A stretch of 63,992 nt of DNA, the filler included, from a bacterium (GTDB taxonomy: Bacteria; JBBIVP01), in assembly GCA_037439705.1 (NCBI GenBank). It is 8 parts of 8 records of this genome, joined end to end, with 100 filler letters (N's around TTAATTAATTAA, not from the genome) between each part and the next. Parts side by side here need not be neighbours in the genome. Positions count along the whole stretch, not along the records: positions 25,276 to 33,504 come from JBBIVP010000093.1; positions 33,605 to 41,821 come from JBBIVP010000094.1; 6 more parts are not named here. The stretch is one strand, 5' to 3'. How positions within the stretch are numbered: the stretch's first letter is position 1; each line of letters begins with the position of its first letter. Shown here in pieces: positions 30,594 through 41,526 of the stretch. The notes under the pieces are model-generated. The model saw only the letters and a program-made list of their open reading frames with translations. It made no database searches and was not told the DNA's origin. Made by a program: the position numbers and the translations under genes.

Positions 30594-32001
30594 AAAAATC
30601 AATGCCCATCATTCCTGGATGTAAAATTCCATTCGGATCAAGAACTTTTTTGATTTTTTTTAGTATTTCATGAAGTGGTTTTATCTGCGGAACTATCCAC
30701 GGATGAGCAAGAATTCCCATCTGATGGTATGCGCCGCCTGCAAGGGCATTCCTTCTGTAAAACTCAGAAGCCATCTTCTTTGCAATTTCTAATACCTCCT
30801 CGTTATCTTCTCTGTAATGAAATACAGATGAAAAGAGGAAAGAATTGGAGACTGCAAATGCCACTATTTCATATCTCATCCCATATTTCTGAATCTCAAA
30901 TTCTTCAAAAATCTCAAGGGCTATTTTTCTAAATTTCATAAAATCAAGAACTGGAATTCTCACGCACGGAAAGATGATCGGGTAATAAAGCTCTTTCGGA
31001 GGCTTCAAACCTTTCGCAAGGGCAATTGCGGATTGAGGCATTATTTCGTAATACATCCTTGAATAATCCTCACCAACATCTTCCCCTCCTTCCTCCTTGC
31101 ATATCTTTTTGACTATTTCTATTTTCCCTTTCACTTCCTCCTTTGTGAATCCATCCACAACAATAAAAAGGATGCCTGCATTTTTCACATTCATTGTGAG
31201 AAATCCGTCAGCATATATAAGGCTTAATGGGATTCTCTTCCACATAATTTTGTGGGAAGCAATTATCCCTCTTTCTATCTCATCGAAAACAAATGTTGAA
31301 AAACCAAGTTCATCGGGTTCAGGAAATAGGTTCAGGGTTATCTCGGTAATAATTCCAAATATGCCATGAGAATTTATAAAAAGTCCGGTGAGGTCTCCAC
31401 CGTGAACATATCTTGAAAGCCCTTTCGGAGAGGAAGGGTTGGCATTGGAACCCGTTCTTATTATCTCTCCGTTCGGAAGAACTACCTCAAGACCGAGAAG
31501 GTTTTCCCCAGTGCTTCCATATTTCGCAGAGCAATATCCCATTGAGCCTATCGCACAAGCGCCACCAACAGTTGCTGAATAGGAAGATACCGGACCAAGA
31601 AAGCCCGTTGTCATTTTATATTGGTGAAGAAGGGAATTAAGTCTTGACCATGTAATTCCGGGCTGGACGCTCACGCTGAAGTTTTTTTCGTCTATCTCAA
31701 GAATCCGATCCATTCCTGTAAGGTCAAGGACTATTGAATTTTCCTTTAAAGGAATTGTGCATCCAGCAGGATGAGTTCCAGAACCGCGCGGAACAAGGGG
31801 AAGAAGGTGCTCATTGGCAAGTTTCACAATTTTTGAAACCTCACCTGCACTCCTCGGTCTCACAACCGCCATCGGCGGAACTCCCTTGAGGGGAGATGTA
31901 TCCCTTGAATAAACGAGAAGGTCAGCGGGATGGGAACTGACATTTTCGGGTGAGCATATATCCTTCAAAGCATCTATTATTTCTTCTTTTTTAAACCTCA
32001 T
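30583..32001 (-). CDS. FAD-binding oxidoreductase (VAO/GlcD/alkyl-DHAP synthase family)
   Basis: PRGSGT, VQPGI, ATVGG, GLEVVLPNG, GIFGIITE, DPNGILHPG. Confidence 0.9.
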   Translation of the reverse strand: MRFKKEEIIDALKDICSPENVSSHPADLLVYSRDTSPLKGVPPMAVVRPRSAGEVSKIVKLANEHLLPLVPRGSGTHPAGCTIPLKENSIVLDLTGMDRILEIDEKNFSVSVQPGITWSRLNSLLHQYKMTTGFLGPVSSYSATVGGACAIGSMGYCSAKYGSTGENLLGLEVVLPNGEIIRTGSNANPSSPKGLSRYVHGGDLTGLFINSHGIFGIITEITLNLFPEPDELGFSTFVFDEIERGIIASHKIMWKRIPLSLIYADGFLTMNVKNAGILFIVVDGFTKEEVKGKIEIVKKICKEEGGEDVGEDYSRMYYEIMPQSAIALAKGLKPPKELYYPIIFPCVRIPVLDFMKFRKIALEIFEEFEIQKYGMRYEIVAFAVSNSFLFSSVFHYREDNEEVLEIAKKMASEFYRRNALAGGAYHQMGILAHPWIVPQIKPLHEILKKIKKVLDPNGILHPGMMGIDFYGN

Positions 32002-32002
32002 C

Positions 32003-33504
32003 TCAATCGAAAGAATTGGCTATCTCAAAGGCGGAAATAATGGCGTGGTCTATCTGCCTCGGCACTATAGCGTCTCCACATCTTTCAACATTCATCCCAA
32101 TCTTTTTTAGTTCAAAATATAAATCCGCATTGGGCATGTCGGGGCATATAAGGACTACTTTATCACAGGGTATCTCCCTTGTTGAAAAGGTCATCGTGTT
32201 CATCACAATGCATCCATTATCGGTAATTTCCTCAACTGCTGAGAAGGTTTGAATTTCTCCTCCGAGCATGAGGATTTCCTGAAGAAGAAAAAAGGAAGAG
32301 ATGCTTTCCCCTTTTCCATATTCAAGGATATTTTCATAGGGGTCAAGGAGGATAACTTTTTTTCCCTTTTCAACGAGAAACCTTGCGCAATATATCCCTT
32401 TATGGTATGGAGCGGTGGAATACACCACAATTCTTTCTCCATCTACATTTCCATCTCTTTTATAAACATCTTCCCATGTTAGCAGGTTTTGATGATGGGG
32501 ATTTTTTATCTCTGGAAATGGCGGGGGAACACCCCTTGATATCTTTGAGCCTGTTGCAATAACCACAAAATCAGGATTAAGAGAAAGGACAAACTCTGAA
32601 TCAGCAAAAGTTTTTAATTTTACCTCTACATCAATTTCCTCAAGACGAATTTTAAGATGCTCAACAGGTTCAAGAAGGGAATCCCTTTTTGGGGTTTTAC
32701 TTATAAGATTTATCTTTCCGCCAAGTTCCTTCTCCTTCTCAATCAATATAACCTCATGCCCTTTTTCTCTTAGAACCTCCGCTGCCTTCATACCTGCTAT
32801 TCCTCCTCCCACGACAACTGCTTTTTTCTTTGACCTTGCTGGCTTGATTTTCATATACCTCTCTCTCCCTGCGGACGGATTCTGAGAGCAGGAAAGGTGA
32901 AGTCCTGCCCTTATCCTCCCTATGCATCCCTGATTGCATCCCATACATCTTCTAATGAGATGCCCTTTTCCTTCCATCGCCTTTTTTGGAAAATCTGGAT
33001 CGCATATCAGCCCCCTTGTTACAGCCACCATGTCCGCCTTCTTATCCCTTATTATTTCTTCCGCTATCGCTGGAGAATTTATTCTTCCTGCAATTATAAT
33101 TGGGAGATGAACAACAGATTTCATCATTTCTCCGTATCCAGCAAAGCAGGCAACAGGAAAATTCATTGGAGGAGAGATTGTAAAGAATGTGGTATAATTT
33201 CCACATGTTAGCGAGAGGTAGTCCACTTTTCCCAGAGTTTCTATAATTTGTGCCACCTTTTTTGAATATTCTGGCGTTATTCCGTATCCAAGTAGCTCGT
33301 CAACGCACAATCTTACCCCTATCACCATCCCTTTTCCCACTGCTTCATAAACCACTTCTATTACTTCGCACAGAAGTCTTGTCCTTCCCTCGAAATCCAT
33401 TCCGTATTCGTCAGTCCTTCTGTTTGAGTATGGTGAGAGAAATTGCTGAAGGAGATATCCGTGTGCACAATGAATTTCTATCCCATCTGCTCCTGAATCC
33501 ATTT
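32003..33504 (-). CDS. NADH:flavin oxidoreductase (OYE barrel + Fe-S + FAD/NAD domain), N-terminus truncated
   Basis: EIHCAHGYLLQQFLSP..NRRTDEYG, CMGCNQGC, VVGGGIAG. Confidence 0.92.
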
Positions 33505-33604
33505 NNNNNNNNNNNNNNNNNNNNNNNNNNNNNNNNNNNNNNNNNNNNTTAATTAATTAANNNNNNNNNNNNNNNNNNNNNNNNNNNNNNNNNNNNNNNN
33601 NNNN
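33505..33604. other. Artificial contig linker
   Basis: N-TTAATTAATTAA-N. Confidence 0.97.
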
Positions 33605-34242
33605 AGGTATGTAATTGCCTTCCCCTCACTGTTTGTTGATGAGGTAATCGTGTCAAGGTATTCTCCTCCTTCAGGTCCATAGAGTTCAAAAGTTACCTGA
33701 ATTCCTTCAACAGGCTGTCCCGCTGTATCCATCACCTCAAAGGTTACCTCTGAAGATGTTGTTCCACCGCTTCCCTGAATCTGGATAACAGTTGGTTCTG
33801 CGGAAATAAAAACTATGCTTGAAAGTTGCGGAGGAAGAACTGTAATTGTTGCAGTTTGCGTCACATCTCCAGCCTTTGCAGTTATTGTAACATCCCCAGG
33901 GACATCTCCTGATGTATATGTAGCAGTTGCTACGCCGTTTTGATTTGTTGTTGCCTGAGATGGAGACACTGTTCCCTGAGAAGCAGTAAATTCAACAACA
34001 GTTCCCACAGATACAGGACCTCCGTTAACTCCAACAACTGTCGCTGAGATGTTCGCAGTTCCTCCGTGAAGGGATACCTCTGTTGGTGAGACCTCAAGGG
34101 TTATGCTTTGAGGATAATTTTCTGTTCCACCACCTCCACCACCTCCTCCACCGCCACCTCCACCTCCTCCTGATGGTTTGCATCCATACATTAAAACACC
34201 TATCACTGCTCCTATTCCTACCCATTTTTTCACCTTCTTCAT
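33605..34242 (-). CDS. Lipoprotein with Gly15 linker and tandem invasin-type Ig-like (Big-1) domains, truncated
   Basis: Lipobox MYGC; ATTNQNGVATATYTSG..G.VTITA and TNSEGKA Big-1 patterns; AGGAGG RBS. Confidence 0.82.
34126..34170. repeat. (GGN)15 poly-glycine coding repeat
   Basis: 15 consecutive Gly codons (mixed GGA/GGT/GGC). Confidence 0.9.
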
Positions 34243-34374
34243 GTTTCACCTCCTTAAAAAGTTGTTTTATTATTTCACATTTTCTAAAAAATTTCAAGTA
34301 TTTTCTTCTTTTCTCTTCCTATCATTTTACAGAATTCTTTATTTTTTGATTTTTTTTGATATTATTTATTTCCA

Positions 34375-36633
34375 ATGGAAAAAGAGAAAATAAAAAAACT
34401 CTTTGACCCAGAATCAGTCGCTATAATCGGAGCATCAAACATACCAGGAAAATGGGGATTTGGTATAACCTTCAACATAGTAACTGGAGGATACAAGGGA
34501 AGGATATATCCTGTGAATCCATCTGAAAAAAATGTGCTCGGTTTCAGGACATTTTCTTCAATAGAAGAACTGCCTTATGGAATTGACCTCGCTATCATAA
34601 CAATACCGTCTGAAAGGGCAATAAATGCGGTCAGGGATTGTGGTAAAAAGGGAATAAAATGGGTTGTTGTTGTATCTTCTGATTTTGCTGAATCAGGAGA
34701 AGAAGGAAGAAAGAGGCAGGAAAAACTTGTAGAGGTTGCAGGGGAGTATGATGTAAAGCTCATAGGTCCAAATACCATGGGAATATACTCAGCCACATCT
34801 TCACTTCATGCTCTTGGTTCTCCGTTTCAGACAAAAAAGGGGAAAATAGCCCTGGTTTCACAGAGCGGAAATATAGGGGTTCAGATAATGGGGCTCGGAG
34901 AAAGGATTGGACTGGGTTTTTCAAGGTTTTTTGGAAGCGGAAACGAAGCGGTTCTTTATATTCATCATTATGTTGATATGCTTGTTGAGGATGACGAAAC
35001 AGAGATAATTTCCCTTTATGTGGAGGGAATAAGGGAAGGAAGAAAGTTCTATGAAGCGATTAGAAGAGCAATAAAGAAAAAACCTGTGATTATTCTCAAA
35101 TCTGCAACCACTTCTCATGGGGCAAGGGCAGCCCTGTCGCATACAGGAGCGATGGCTACGGACGTCCTTGTTACAAAGGAGATTATAAAAGAAAGCGGAG
35201 CAATTGAGGTTCAAACAACAGAGGAGATGATTGAGATTCTTTCTGGATTTTCTCTACTTCCTGTTCCAAGGAGTAAGAATGTATGCATAATATCCATGGG
35301 AGGAGGATGGGCAGTAGTAGCAGCTGAAGCCTGCGATAGGGAAGGGTTGAATCTTCCACCCCTTCCGGAGAAAGCAAAAACTGAATTGGATGAGATGCTT
35401 CCTCCTTTCTGGAGCAAAGGGAATCCGGTAGACCTTGTAGGAACATTGAGAAGGGAAGTGCAATTCGGTGTCCTTTCTTACCTTTCAGAATTTGATGAGT
35501 TTGATGCATTCATAATCATGGGTTATCTCACAGAAAGGTTCTTTTCTGGTTTTGAGGTTTATAAGAGGATATTCGGGAGGCTCTATAATTTCTTCAAAAA
35601 CTACACGAAATCAGCGGTAAGGCTTCCACTTCTGTTTGTGAGGGGAGCGAGAAAGGGAAGAAAGGAAATAAAAGAAAGGGGAAAGAAGGTTTCCCTTTTT
35701 GATACCAGGGAAGCAAGGCTATGGAGGGATGAATATGCTATTGATATGATGAAAAAGATAATGAATGAAAAGGGAAAACCAGTGATAGCGGTGAGCGGAA
35801 GTAATGAGGCTTCCCAGGAACTTCAAAGGAAATTCTCTGTACTCGTTGCTTCCTCTCCTGAAAAGGCAGCCTTTATTCTATCAAAATTAGCAAAATACGG
35901 AGAGAGGGCGAAAATTTTGAAGAACCTTACATATCCAGAGATTGAACTCAATGAAAAGAAGTTGAGAGGATTTCTTGAGGGAAAGAAAACCCTTGATGAG
36001 TATGAAACCAGGGAGTTCTTGAGACAGGCAGGGCTTTCAGTGGTTGAAGAAAGGATTGTTCAGACGGAAGAAGAAGCTTTAAGGGTGGTAAAGGAAATTG
36101 GTTATCCAGTTGTTATGAAGGTCATTTCTCCTGATATTCTTCATAAAACAGAACTTGGCGCTGTAAAAACAGGGATAGAAAATGGGGATGGGGTTATAAG
36201 GGCTTTTAGAGAGATTGTGGATGCTGTAAAGAAGAAAGCACCTGAAGCCTTTATAAAAGGGATAACCGTTCAAAAGATGGTAAGGGATGGTATTGAACTT
36301 ATTGCAGGTTTTACCGAAGATAGAGTATTCGGAAAAATTCTACTTTTTGGAAGCGGTGGTATAGCCACAGAACTTTTTAAAGATGTTGCTATAAGGGTTC
36401 CACCTTTGAGTGTAGAGGAAATAGGAGATATGAGCAACCAACCCAAAATTTCAAGGTTCTGGAAGGATGGATTCAGGGGAAAGAGGTTTAATTCCGGAGA
36501 GGTGGAAAGGGTTATAACTGTGCTTTCTCAAATAGCGATGAAATTTCCCGAGATAAAAGAGATGGAGATAAATCCATTAATCCTCAATTCTGATGGAGCA
36601 TTCGTTGTGGATGCCCTCTGCATCCTAAGGTAA
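34375..36633 (+). CDS. ADP-forming acyl-CoA synthetase (fused alpha-beta)
   Basis: VAIIGAS, IGPNTMG, SQSG, ALSHTGA (phospho-His), NPVDL, ATP-grasp HKTE.G.V, EINPL. Confidence 0.92.
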   Translation: MEKEKIKKLFDPESVAIIGASNIPGKWGFGITFNIVTGGYKGRIYPVNPSEKNVLGFRTFSSIEELPYGIDLAIITIPSERAINAVRDCGKKGIKWVVVVSSDFAESGEEGRKRQEKLVEVAGEYDVKLIGPNTMGIYSATSSLHALGSPFQTKKGKIALVSQSGNIGVQIMGLGERIGLGFSRFFGSGNEAVLYIHHYVDMLVEDDETEIISLYVEGIREGRKFYEAIRRAIKKKPVIILKSATTSHGARAALSHTGAMATDVLVTKEIIKESGAIEVQTTEEMIEILSGFSLLPVPRSKNVCIISMGGGWAVVAAEACDREGLNLPPLPEKAKTELDEMLPPFWSKGNPVDLVGTLRREVQFGVLSYLSEFDEFDAFIIMGYLTERFFSGFEVYKRIFGRLYNFFKNYTKSAVRLPLLFVRGARKGRKEIKERGKKVSLFDTREARLWRDEYAIDMMKKIMNEKGKPVIAVSGSNEASQELQRKFSVLVASSPEKAAFILSKLAKYGERAKILKNLTYPEIELNEKKLRGFLEGKKTLDEYETREFLRQAGLSVVEERIVQTEEEALRVVKEIGYPVVMKVISPDILHKTELGAVKTGIENGDGVIRAFREIVDAVKKKAPEAFIKGITVQKMVRDGIELIAGFTEDRVFGKILLFGSGGIATELFKDVAIRVPPLSVEEIGDMSNQPKISRFWKDGFRGKRFNSGEVERVITVLSQIAMKFPEIKEMEINPLILNSDGAFVVDALCILR

Positions 36634-36713
36634 AAATTTAACCTCAGTTAGTTTTCGTTTTTTATTGAATTAAAAATTCAGTGTAATTAAATAGGTTTTC
36701 AAGAGGTGGAGAT

Positions 36714-37097
36714 TTGGAAAAGGGATTTGCAATTGGTGGTATTTTTCTCATAATTGCAGTTGGATTTGTATTCATATCTCTCATTCTTTCAAGGCTTCTT
36801 CAACGGAGAAGGTATACGCCTGAAAAATTCATTCCATACGAATGCGGAGAGAATCCAATAGGAAGTGCATGGATTCAGTATAACTTCCGTTATTACATTT
36901 ATGCCTTATTATTCCTAATTTTTGATGTTGAGGTGATTCTTCTTTATCCTGTTTCCATTGTTTTTAAAAAATTGAAATGGCTCGCCTTCTTTGAGATATG
37001 GTTATTCATCCTTATTCTGTTCCTTCCATACATTTATATGTGGCGCAAGGGAGACCTTGAGTGGTTTATAAAGAGGGTGAGAAATGGGAATAATTGA
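36714..37097 (+). CDS. nuoA: Complex I subunit A
   Basis: [25 protein letters not shown]. Confidence 0.95.
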   Translation: MEKGFAIGGIFLIIAVGFVFISLILSRLLQRRRYTPEKFIPYECGENPIGSAWIQYNFRYYIYALLFLIFDVEVILLYPVSIVFKKLKWLAFFEIWLFILILFLPYIYMWRKGDLEWFIKRVRNGNN

Positions 37098-37566
37098 TAG
37101 AAAACTTCCTGATAACAAACTCTTTGAGGGTCTTGACCTTGTAGTTAACTGGTCAAGGAAATCTTCCCTCTGGTGGCTCACATTTGCAACCGCTTGCTGT
37201 GGAATAGAACTCATGCAGACAGGAGCCTCAAGGTTTGACCTTGACAGATTTGGTTCTGTTTTCAGAGCCTCTCCCAGGCAGGCAGACCTGATAATAGTTG
37301 CAGGAACAATAACCCTAAAGATGGCGGAAAGATTGAAAAGATTGTACGAACAGATTCCTGAACCAAAATATGTGATTGCTATGGGAAGTTGTGCCAATAC
37401 TGGTGGGCCCTTCATCAAGGACAGTTATTCGGTTTTAAGAGGTGTTGATAGAATTATTCCTGTTGATGTTTATGTCCCAGGATGTCCTCCAAGACCTGAA
37501 GCCCTTATTGAGGGAATAATGAAACTTCAGGAAAAGATAATGAAGGAAAAGGTTTTCAGGAAATGA
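37084..37566 (+). CDS. nuoB: Complex I subunit B
   Basis: [27 protein letters not shown]. Confidence 0.97.
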   Translation: MGIIDRKLPDNKLFEGLDLVVNWSRKSSLWWLTFATACCGIELMQTGASRFDLDRFGSVFRASPRQADLIIVAGTITLKMAERLKRLYEQIPEPKYVIAMGSCANTGGPFIKDSYSVLRGVDRIIPVDVYVPGCPPRPEALIEGIMKLQEKIMKEKVFRK

Positions 37567-38039
37567 CGGGTGAGGAGATATACAGAATTCTCAAAGAGAA
37601 ATTCGGGGAAAAAATTGGTGAATTGAAGGATGGACCACAGCCATCCATAGAAATAAAACCCGAAATTGTTAAAGAGGTGGCAAAATTTTTAAAGGAAGAC
37701 GAAAAACTTCTTTTTGACCACCTTGTGTTTGTAACTGCAACTGATGAAAAAACAGCAATGAAGGTTCTGTGGTGTCTTTTTTCATATACCTATAAACATT
37801 ATTTAATTATTAAAACCGAGGTTTCAAGGGAGGCTCCTGAGGTTGATAGCGTATGTGATATATGGGCAACTGCTGAATGGCATGAAAGGGAGACATACGA
37901 CTTTTTTGGGATAATTTTCAGGGGTCATCCGGATTTGAGGAGAATTCTTCTTCCGGACGACTGGGAGGGATATCCATTGAGAAAGGATTACATTCCTCCT
38001 GACTTCTATCACGGGATAGATAACAGGTATAAGAGATGA
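37563..38039 (+). CDS. nuoC: Complex I subunit C
   Basis: [29 protein letters not shown]. Confidence 0.96.
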   Translation: MTGEEIYRILKEKFGEKIGELKDGPQPSIEIKPEIVKEVAKFLKEDEKLLFDHLVFVTATDEKTAMKVLWCLFSYTYKHYLIIKTEVSREAPEVDSVCDIWATAEWHERETYDFFGIIFRGHPDLRRILLPDDWEGYPLRKDYIPPDFYHGIDNRYKR

Positions 38040-39148
38040 TAAGGTCTCAGGAAATGTTAATAAATATGGGTCCTCAGCATCCTTCAACCCATGGTGTGTT
38101 GAGGCTTATTCTCAAGACTGATGGAGAATTTGTTTATGATGTTGAGCCATGTATTGGATACCTTCACAGGAGCCTGGAAAAAATAGCAGAAAATTTTAAC
38201 TATCCACAATTTATTCCAATAACTGACAGGCTTGATTATCTTGCTTCCATAAATTGCAATTTTGCATACTGTCATACTGTTGAAAGGCTTATGGGGATTG
38301 AGGTTCCATTGAGGGCTCAATACATAAGGGTTATTGCTTGCGAACTGAACAGGATTGCTTCCCATCTCATAATGTTTGGGACAATGGGAATGGATACAGG
38401 CGCTTTCACTCCATTTCTTTATGCCATAAGGGAAAGAGAAAGAACAAATGACCTTCTTGAAGAACTGACGGGTGCAAGGCTTACATACAATTACATAAGA
38501 ATAGGCGGTGTCGCCCATGACCTTCCCGATGGATGGAAAGAGAAGTGCATTGAATTCATAAATTATTTCAGACCGAAGATAAAGGAATACAACGATTTGC
38601 TCACTTACAATGCTATATTCATGAAGAGGCTCGGCGGAGTTGGTGTTCTTACTAAAGAAGACGCAATAAATTATGGAATAACGGGGCCGAATCTCAGGGC
38701 AACGGGTTTTAAATGGGATTTAAGAAAAGATATGCCTTACTCTTCTTATGATAAGTTTGAGTTTGAGGTCCCGGTGGGAACAGGCGAGGGCGGAAAGCTG
38801 GGAGATGCCTTTGACAGGTATATGTTGAGGATTAAAGAGATGATGGAAAGTTCAAAGCTCATTGAACAGGCTTTACTTTCACTTCCTGACGGAGAGATTA
38901 TGGCGAAACTATCGCGGGTTCTGAAGGTTAAAGAAGGAGAGGTTTATTTTGGTGCAGAAAATCCGAGGGGAGAGCTCGGATTTTACATAAAGAGTAATGG
39001 TGGAACAAAGCCTGAAAGGGTAAAGATAAGGGGTGCTTCTTTCTCACACATTCATGCTTTCAAAAAGGTCCTTCAGGGAGTTCTTATTCAGGACCTTGTA
39101 GCAATCGTTGGAAGTTTTGATATCATATTGCCGGAGTCAGACAGGTAA
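38036..39148 (+). CDS. nuoD: Complex I subunit D
   Basis: [32 protein letters not shown]; no NiFe CxxC motifs. Confidence 0.97.
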   Translation: MIRSQEMLINMGPQHPSTHGVLRLILKTDGEFVYDVEPCIGYLHRSLEKIAENFNYPQFIPITDRLDYLASINCNFAYCHTVERLMGIEVPLRAQYIRVIACELNRIASHLIMFGTMGMDTGAFTPFLYAIRERERTNDLLEELTGARLTYNYIRIGGVAHDLPDGWKEKCIEFINYFRPKIKEYNDLLTYNAIFMKRLGGVGVLTKEDAINYGITGPNLRATGFKWDLRKDMPYSSYDKFEFEVPVGTGEGGKLGDAFDRYMLRIKEMMESSKLIEQALLSLPDGEIMAKLSRVLKVKEGEVYFGAENPRGELGFYIKSNGGTKPERVKIRGASFSHIHAFKKVLQGVLIQDLVAIVGSFDIILPESDR

Positions 39149-40257
39149 TGGAAAGACTTATTGTAAAACTTTCTGTCAAGCTTGGTTTCGGTTCTCCTCC
39201 TGATTGGGCTATTCTTCTTATCATAGGACTGATTGCAGGGATTATTCTTCTCGTTTTTATCCTGCTTTATGAGGGACTCGCAACATATATAGAAAGAAAG
39301 GTTGCTGGAGATATTCAAGTTAGATACGGACCGAACAGGGTGGGACCATACGGAATCCTTCAATTTGTAGCAGATGGGTTAAAACTCTTTTTTAAAGAAG
39401 ATATAATCCACTCTCAGGCAGACAGGCTTCTTTTCAGACTTGCTCCCTACATAGTCTTTACAGGTTCTTTTGTCGGTCTTGCTGCAATTCCATTTTCTGT
39501 TGAATGGTATGCAGCAAAATTGAATGTAGGCGTTTTGTTCATAGTTGCAACTACTTCCCTTGTTGTTGCAGGGCTTGCGATGGCGGGGTGGGCACAGGCT
39601 AATAAGTGGGGACTTCTCGGGGGGATGAGGTCTGTTGCTCAGATTGTAAGCTATGAAGTTACAGTGGGAATTGCTTTACTTGTTCCAATTATTCACATAG
39701 GTAGCCTTGACCTCCAGCAGGCAGTCCTTTATCAGAAAAAAGGGTGGGGAATACTCGGCTGGAATATCTTTCATGACCCGTTCACATTCATTGCTTTTTT
39801 CATATATTTTATCGCAGCACTTGCAGAATGTAATAGGACGCCTTTTGACCTTCCTGAGGGTGAATCCGAGCTTGTTGCTGGATACTTTACAGAATATACC
39901 GGGTTCAGGTTCGCTTTCTTCTTTATGGCAGAATACGGAGATATGTTTGTGGTGAGTGCACTTGCCAGCTGTCTGTTTCTCGGAGGATGGCACATTCCTT
40001 TCATAGAAGAGTTGATAAAAATTCCTGTTTTAAAGAACATTCTTGGCTCTATTGTGTTAATTGCAAAAGTTGTGGTTCTAATTCTGATAATGATGTGGTT
40101 TAGGTGGACATATCCAAGGTTGAGGATTGACCAGCTTATGGCGCTTAACTGGAAGAGGCTCATCCCGATAGGGCTTCTCATGCTTCTTTGTGCTTCTTTG
40201 TGGGATCTCGTTTTTAATGGAAAGCGAATTTTTGAACTCCTGGGAATTATAAAATGA
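39148..40257 (+). CDS. nuoH: Complex I subunit H
   Basis: ERK...Q.RYGPNR, ADGLKL, PFDLPEGESELVAG, PRLRIDQ. Confidence 0.97.
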   Translation: MERLIVKLSVKLGFGSPPDWAILLIIGLIAGIILLVFILLYEGLATYIERKVAGDIQVRYGPNRVGPYGILQFVADGLKLFFKEDIIHSQADRLLFRLAPYIVFTGSFVGLAAIPFSVEWYAAKLNVGVLFIVATTSLVVAGLAMAGWAQANKWGLLGGMRSVAQIVSYEVTVGIALLVPIIHIGSLDLQQAVLYQKKGWGILGWNIFHDPFTFIAFFIYFIAALAECNRTPFDLPEGESELVAGYFTEYTGFRFAFFFMAEYGDMFVVSALASCLFLGGWHIPFIEELIKIPVLKNILGSIVLIAKVVVLILIMMWFRWTYPRLRIDQLMALNWKRLIPIGLLMLLCASLWDLVFNGKRIFELLGIIK

Positions 40258-40721
40258 AGGCAATAAAAGAGATTGGCTGGGCTATAAAAACATTAATTGT
40301 TGGGCTTTTGATAACCGCCAAATACTGGTTCAAACCAGGCTCCGAGATCACCGTGCAGTATCCTGATGAGAGACTCATGTCTTTTCCGAGGTTCAGAGGA
40401 ATTTTATTCAACGATGTTGAAAGATGCACAGGATGTGGAATATGCAAGATGACATGTCCAATAGATTGCATAGAGATAGAGAGCTATGGAAAGGGAAAGG
40501 CAAGAAGACCAATCCATTATGCAATAAGGATAAGCGAATGTATGTTCTGTGGTTTGTGTGTTGAAGCCTGCCCTGAGGAATGTCTCATTCATACAGATAG
40601 ATATGAAGGAAGTGTTTACGAATTAAAGGACCTTTACTACCAGTTTGTATCTGAGGAACAGAAAAAGAGGTTTATGGAACTTGCGGAAAAGGGCATTCCG
40701 GTTAAGGAGGAGAAAAAATGA
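40254..40721 (+). CDS. nuoI: Complex I subunit I
   Basis: TVQYP, RFRG, two CxxCxxCxxxCP motifs. Confidence 0.95.
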   Translation: MKAIKEIGWAIKTLIVGLLITAKYWFKPGSEITVQYPDERLMSFPRFRGILFNDVERCTGCGICKMTCPIDCIEIESYGKGKARRPIHYAIRISECMFCGLCVEACPEECLIHTDRYEGSVYELKDLYYQFVSEEQKKRFMELAEKGIPVKEEKK

Positions 40722-41212
40722 AGTTCCTTATTCTGGGAATTATCTTTGCTTTTACAGCTATCTCTGGTTTTTACACGGTTATTACGCCGAACCTTGTTCG
40801 TTCTGTATTCGGACTTTTTTTCACCCTCTTCGGTGTTGGAGCCTGCTATGCGTTTCTTGGAGCGGATTTCCTTGCGGTTGTTCAGGTTATCCTTTATGTT
40901 GGAGGAATAGCGGTTCTTATACTTTTTGCAGTTATGCTTTCAAAAAATCCCTATCGTCCCGGTATATTTGGAAGTAAAAAAAGAAGCATTTTTTCAGGAC
41001 TGATTTCCCTTTTTATATTTCTAATTCTACTCTTTGCCATCTCCCAAATTCCTTCGCCTCCAGTAGCCTCAAGGTCAATACCTTTAACCGGTGAAATAGG
41101 TGGAAATTTTCTCACCAATTATATTCTTCAGTTTGAGATTGTATCGGTTCTCCTCCTCTGCGTTCTTATCGGAGGAGCATATATTATAAGGAAGGAGATA
41201 AAAGGTGATTGA
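40718..41212 (+). CDS. nuoJ: Complex I subunit J
   Basis: ADFLAVVQVILYVGGIAVL.LFAVML, FEIVS. Confidence 0.94.
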   Translation: MKFLILGIIFAFTAISGFYTVITPNLVRSVFGLFFTLFGVGACYAFLGADFLAVVQVILYVGGIAVLILFAVMLSKNPYRPGIFGSKKRSIFSGLISLFIFLILLFAISQIPSPPVASRSIPLTGEIGGNFLTNYILQFEIVSVLLLCVLIGGAYIIRKEIKGD

Positions 41213-41525
41213 GTTCAAAGTAATGCTTTCCCTTTCTGCCCTCCTTTTTTCTCTCGGAATTTTTTCCTTGCTTTCAAAGAAAAATGCGGTGTCCATCCTT
41301 ATAGGAGTTGAACTTATTCTCAATGCCTGCGCTCTGAATTTTGCTGTTTTTTCTAAGTTCAATTTAATGAAAGCTGGAATTCTTGACATCACAGGATACA
41401 TATTCTCAATTTTCATAATAGTCCTCGCAGCAGCAGAGGCTGTTGTTGCTCTTGGAATATTTATTGCAATCTATAAATTTTTGAAAAACATAGATGTGGA
41501 AAAGGCTGACCTGATGAGGTGGTAG
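41205..41525 (+). CDS. nuoK: Complex I subunit K
   Basis: ELILNA..LN, AAAEAVVAL. Confidence 0.94.
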   Translation: MIEFKVMLSLSALLFSLGIFSLLSKKNAVSILIGVELILNACALNFAVFSKFNLMKAGILDITGYIFSIFIIVLAAAEAVVALGIFIAIYKFLKNIDVEKADLMRW

Positions 41526-41526
41526 G

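Noticed and set aside
38036-39148. Group 4 [NiFe]-hydrogenase interpretation of the nuoEFG-less cluster
   Set aside because: The large subunit has no CxxC metal ligands and carries NuoD motifs
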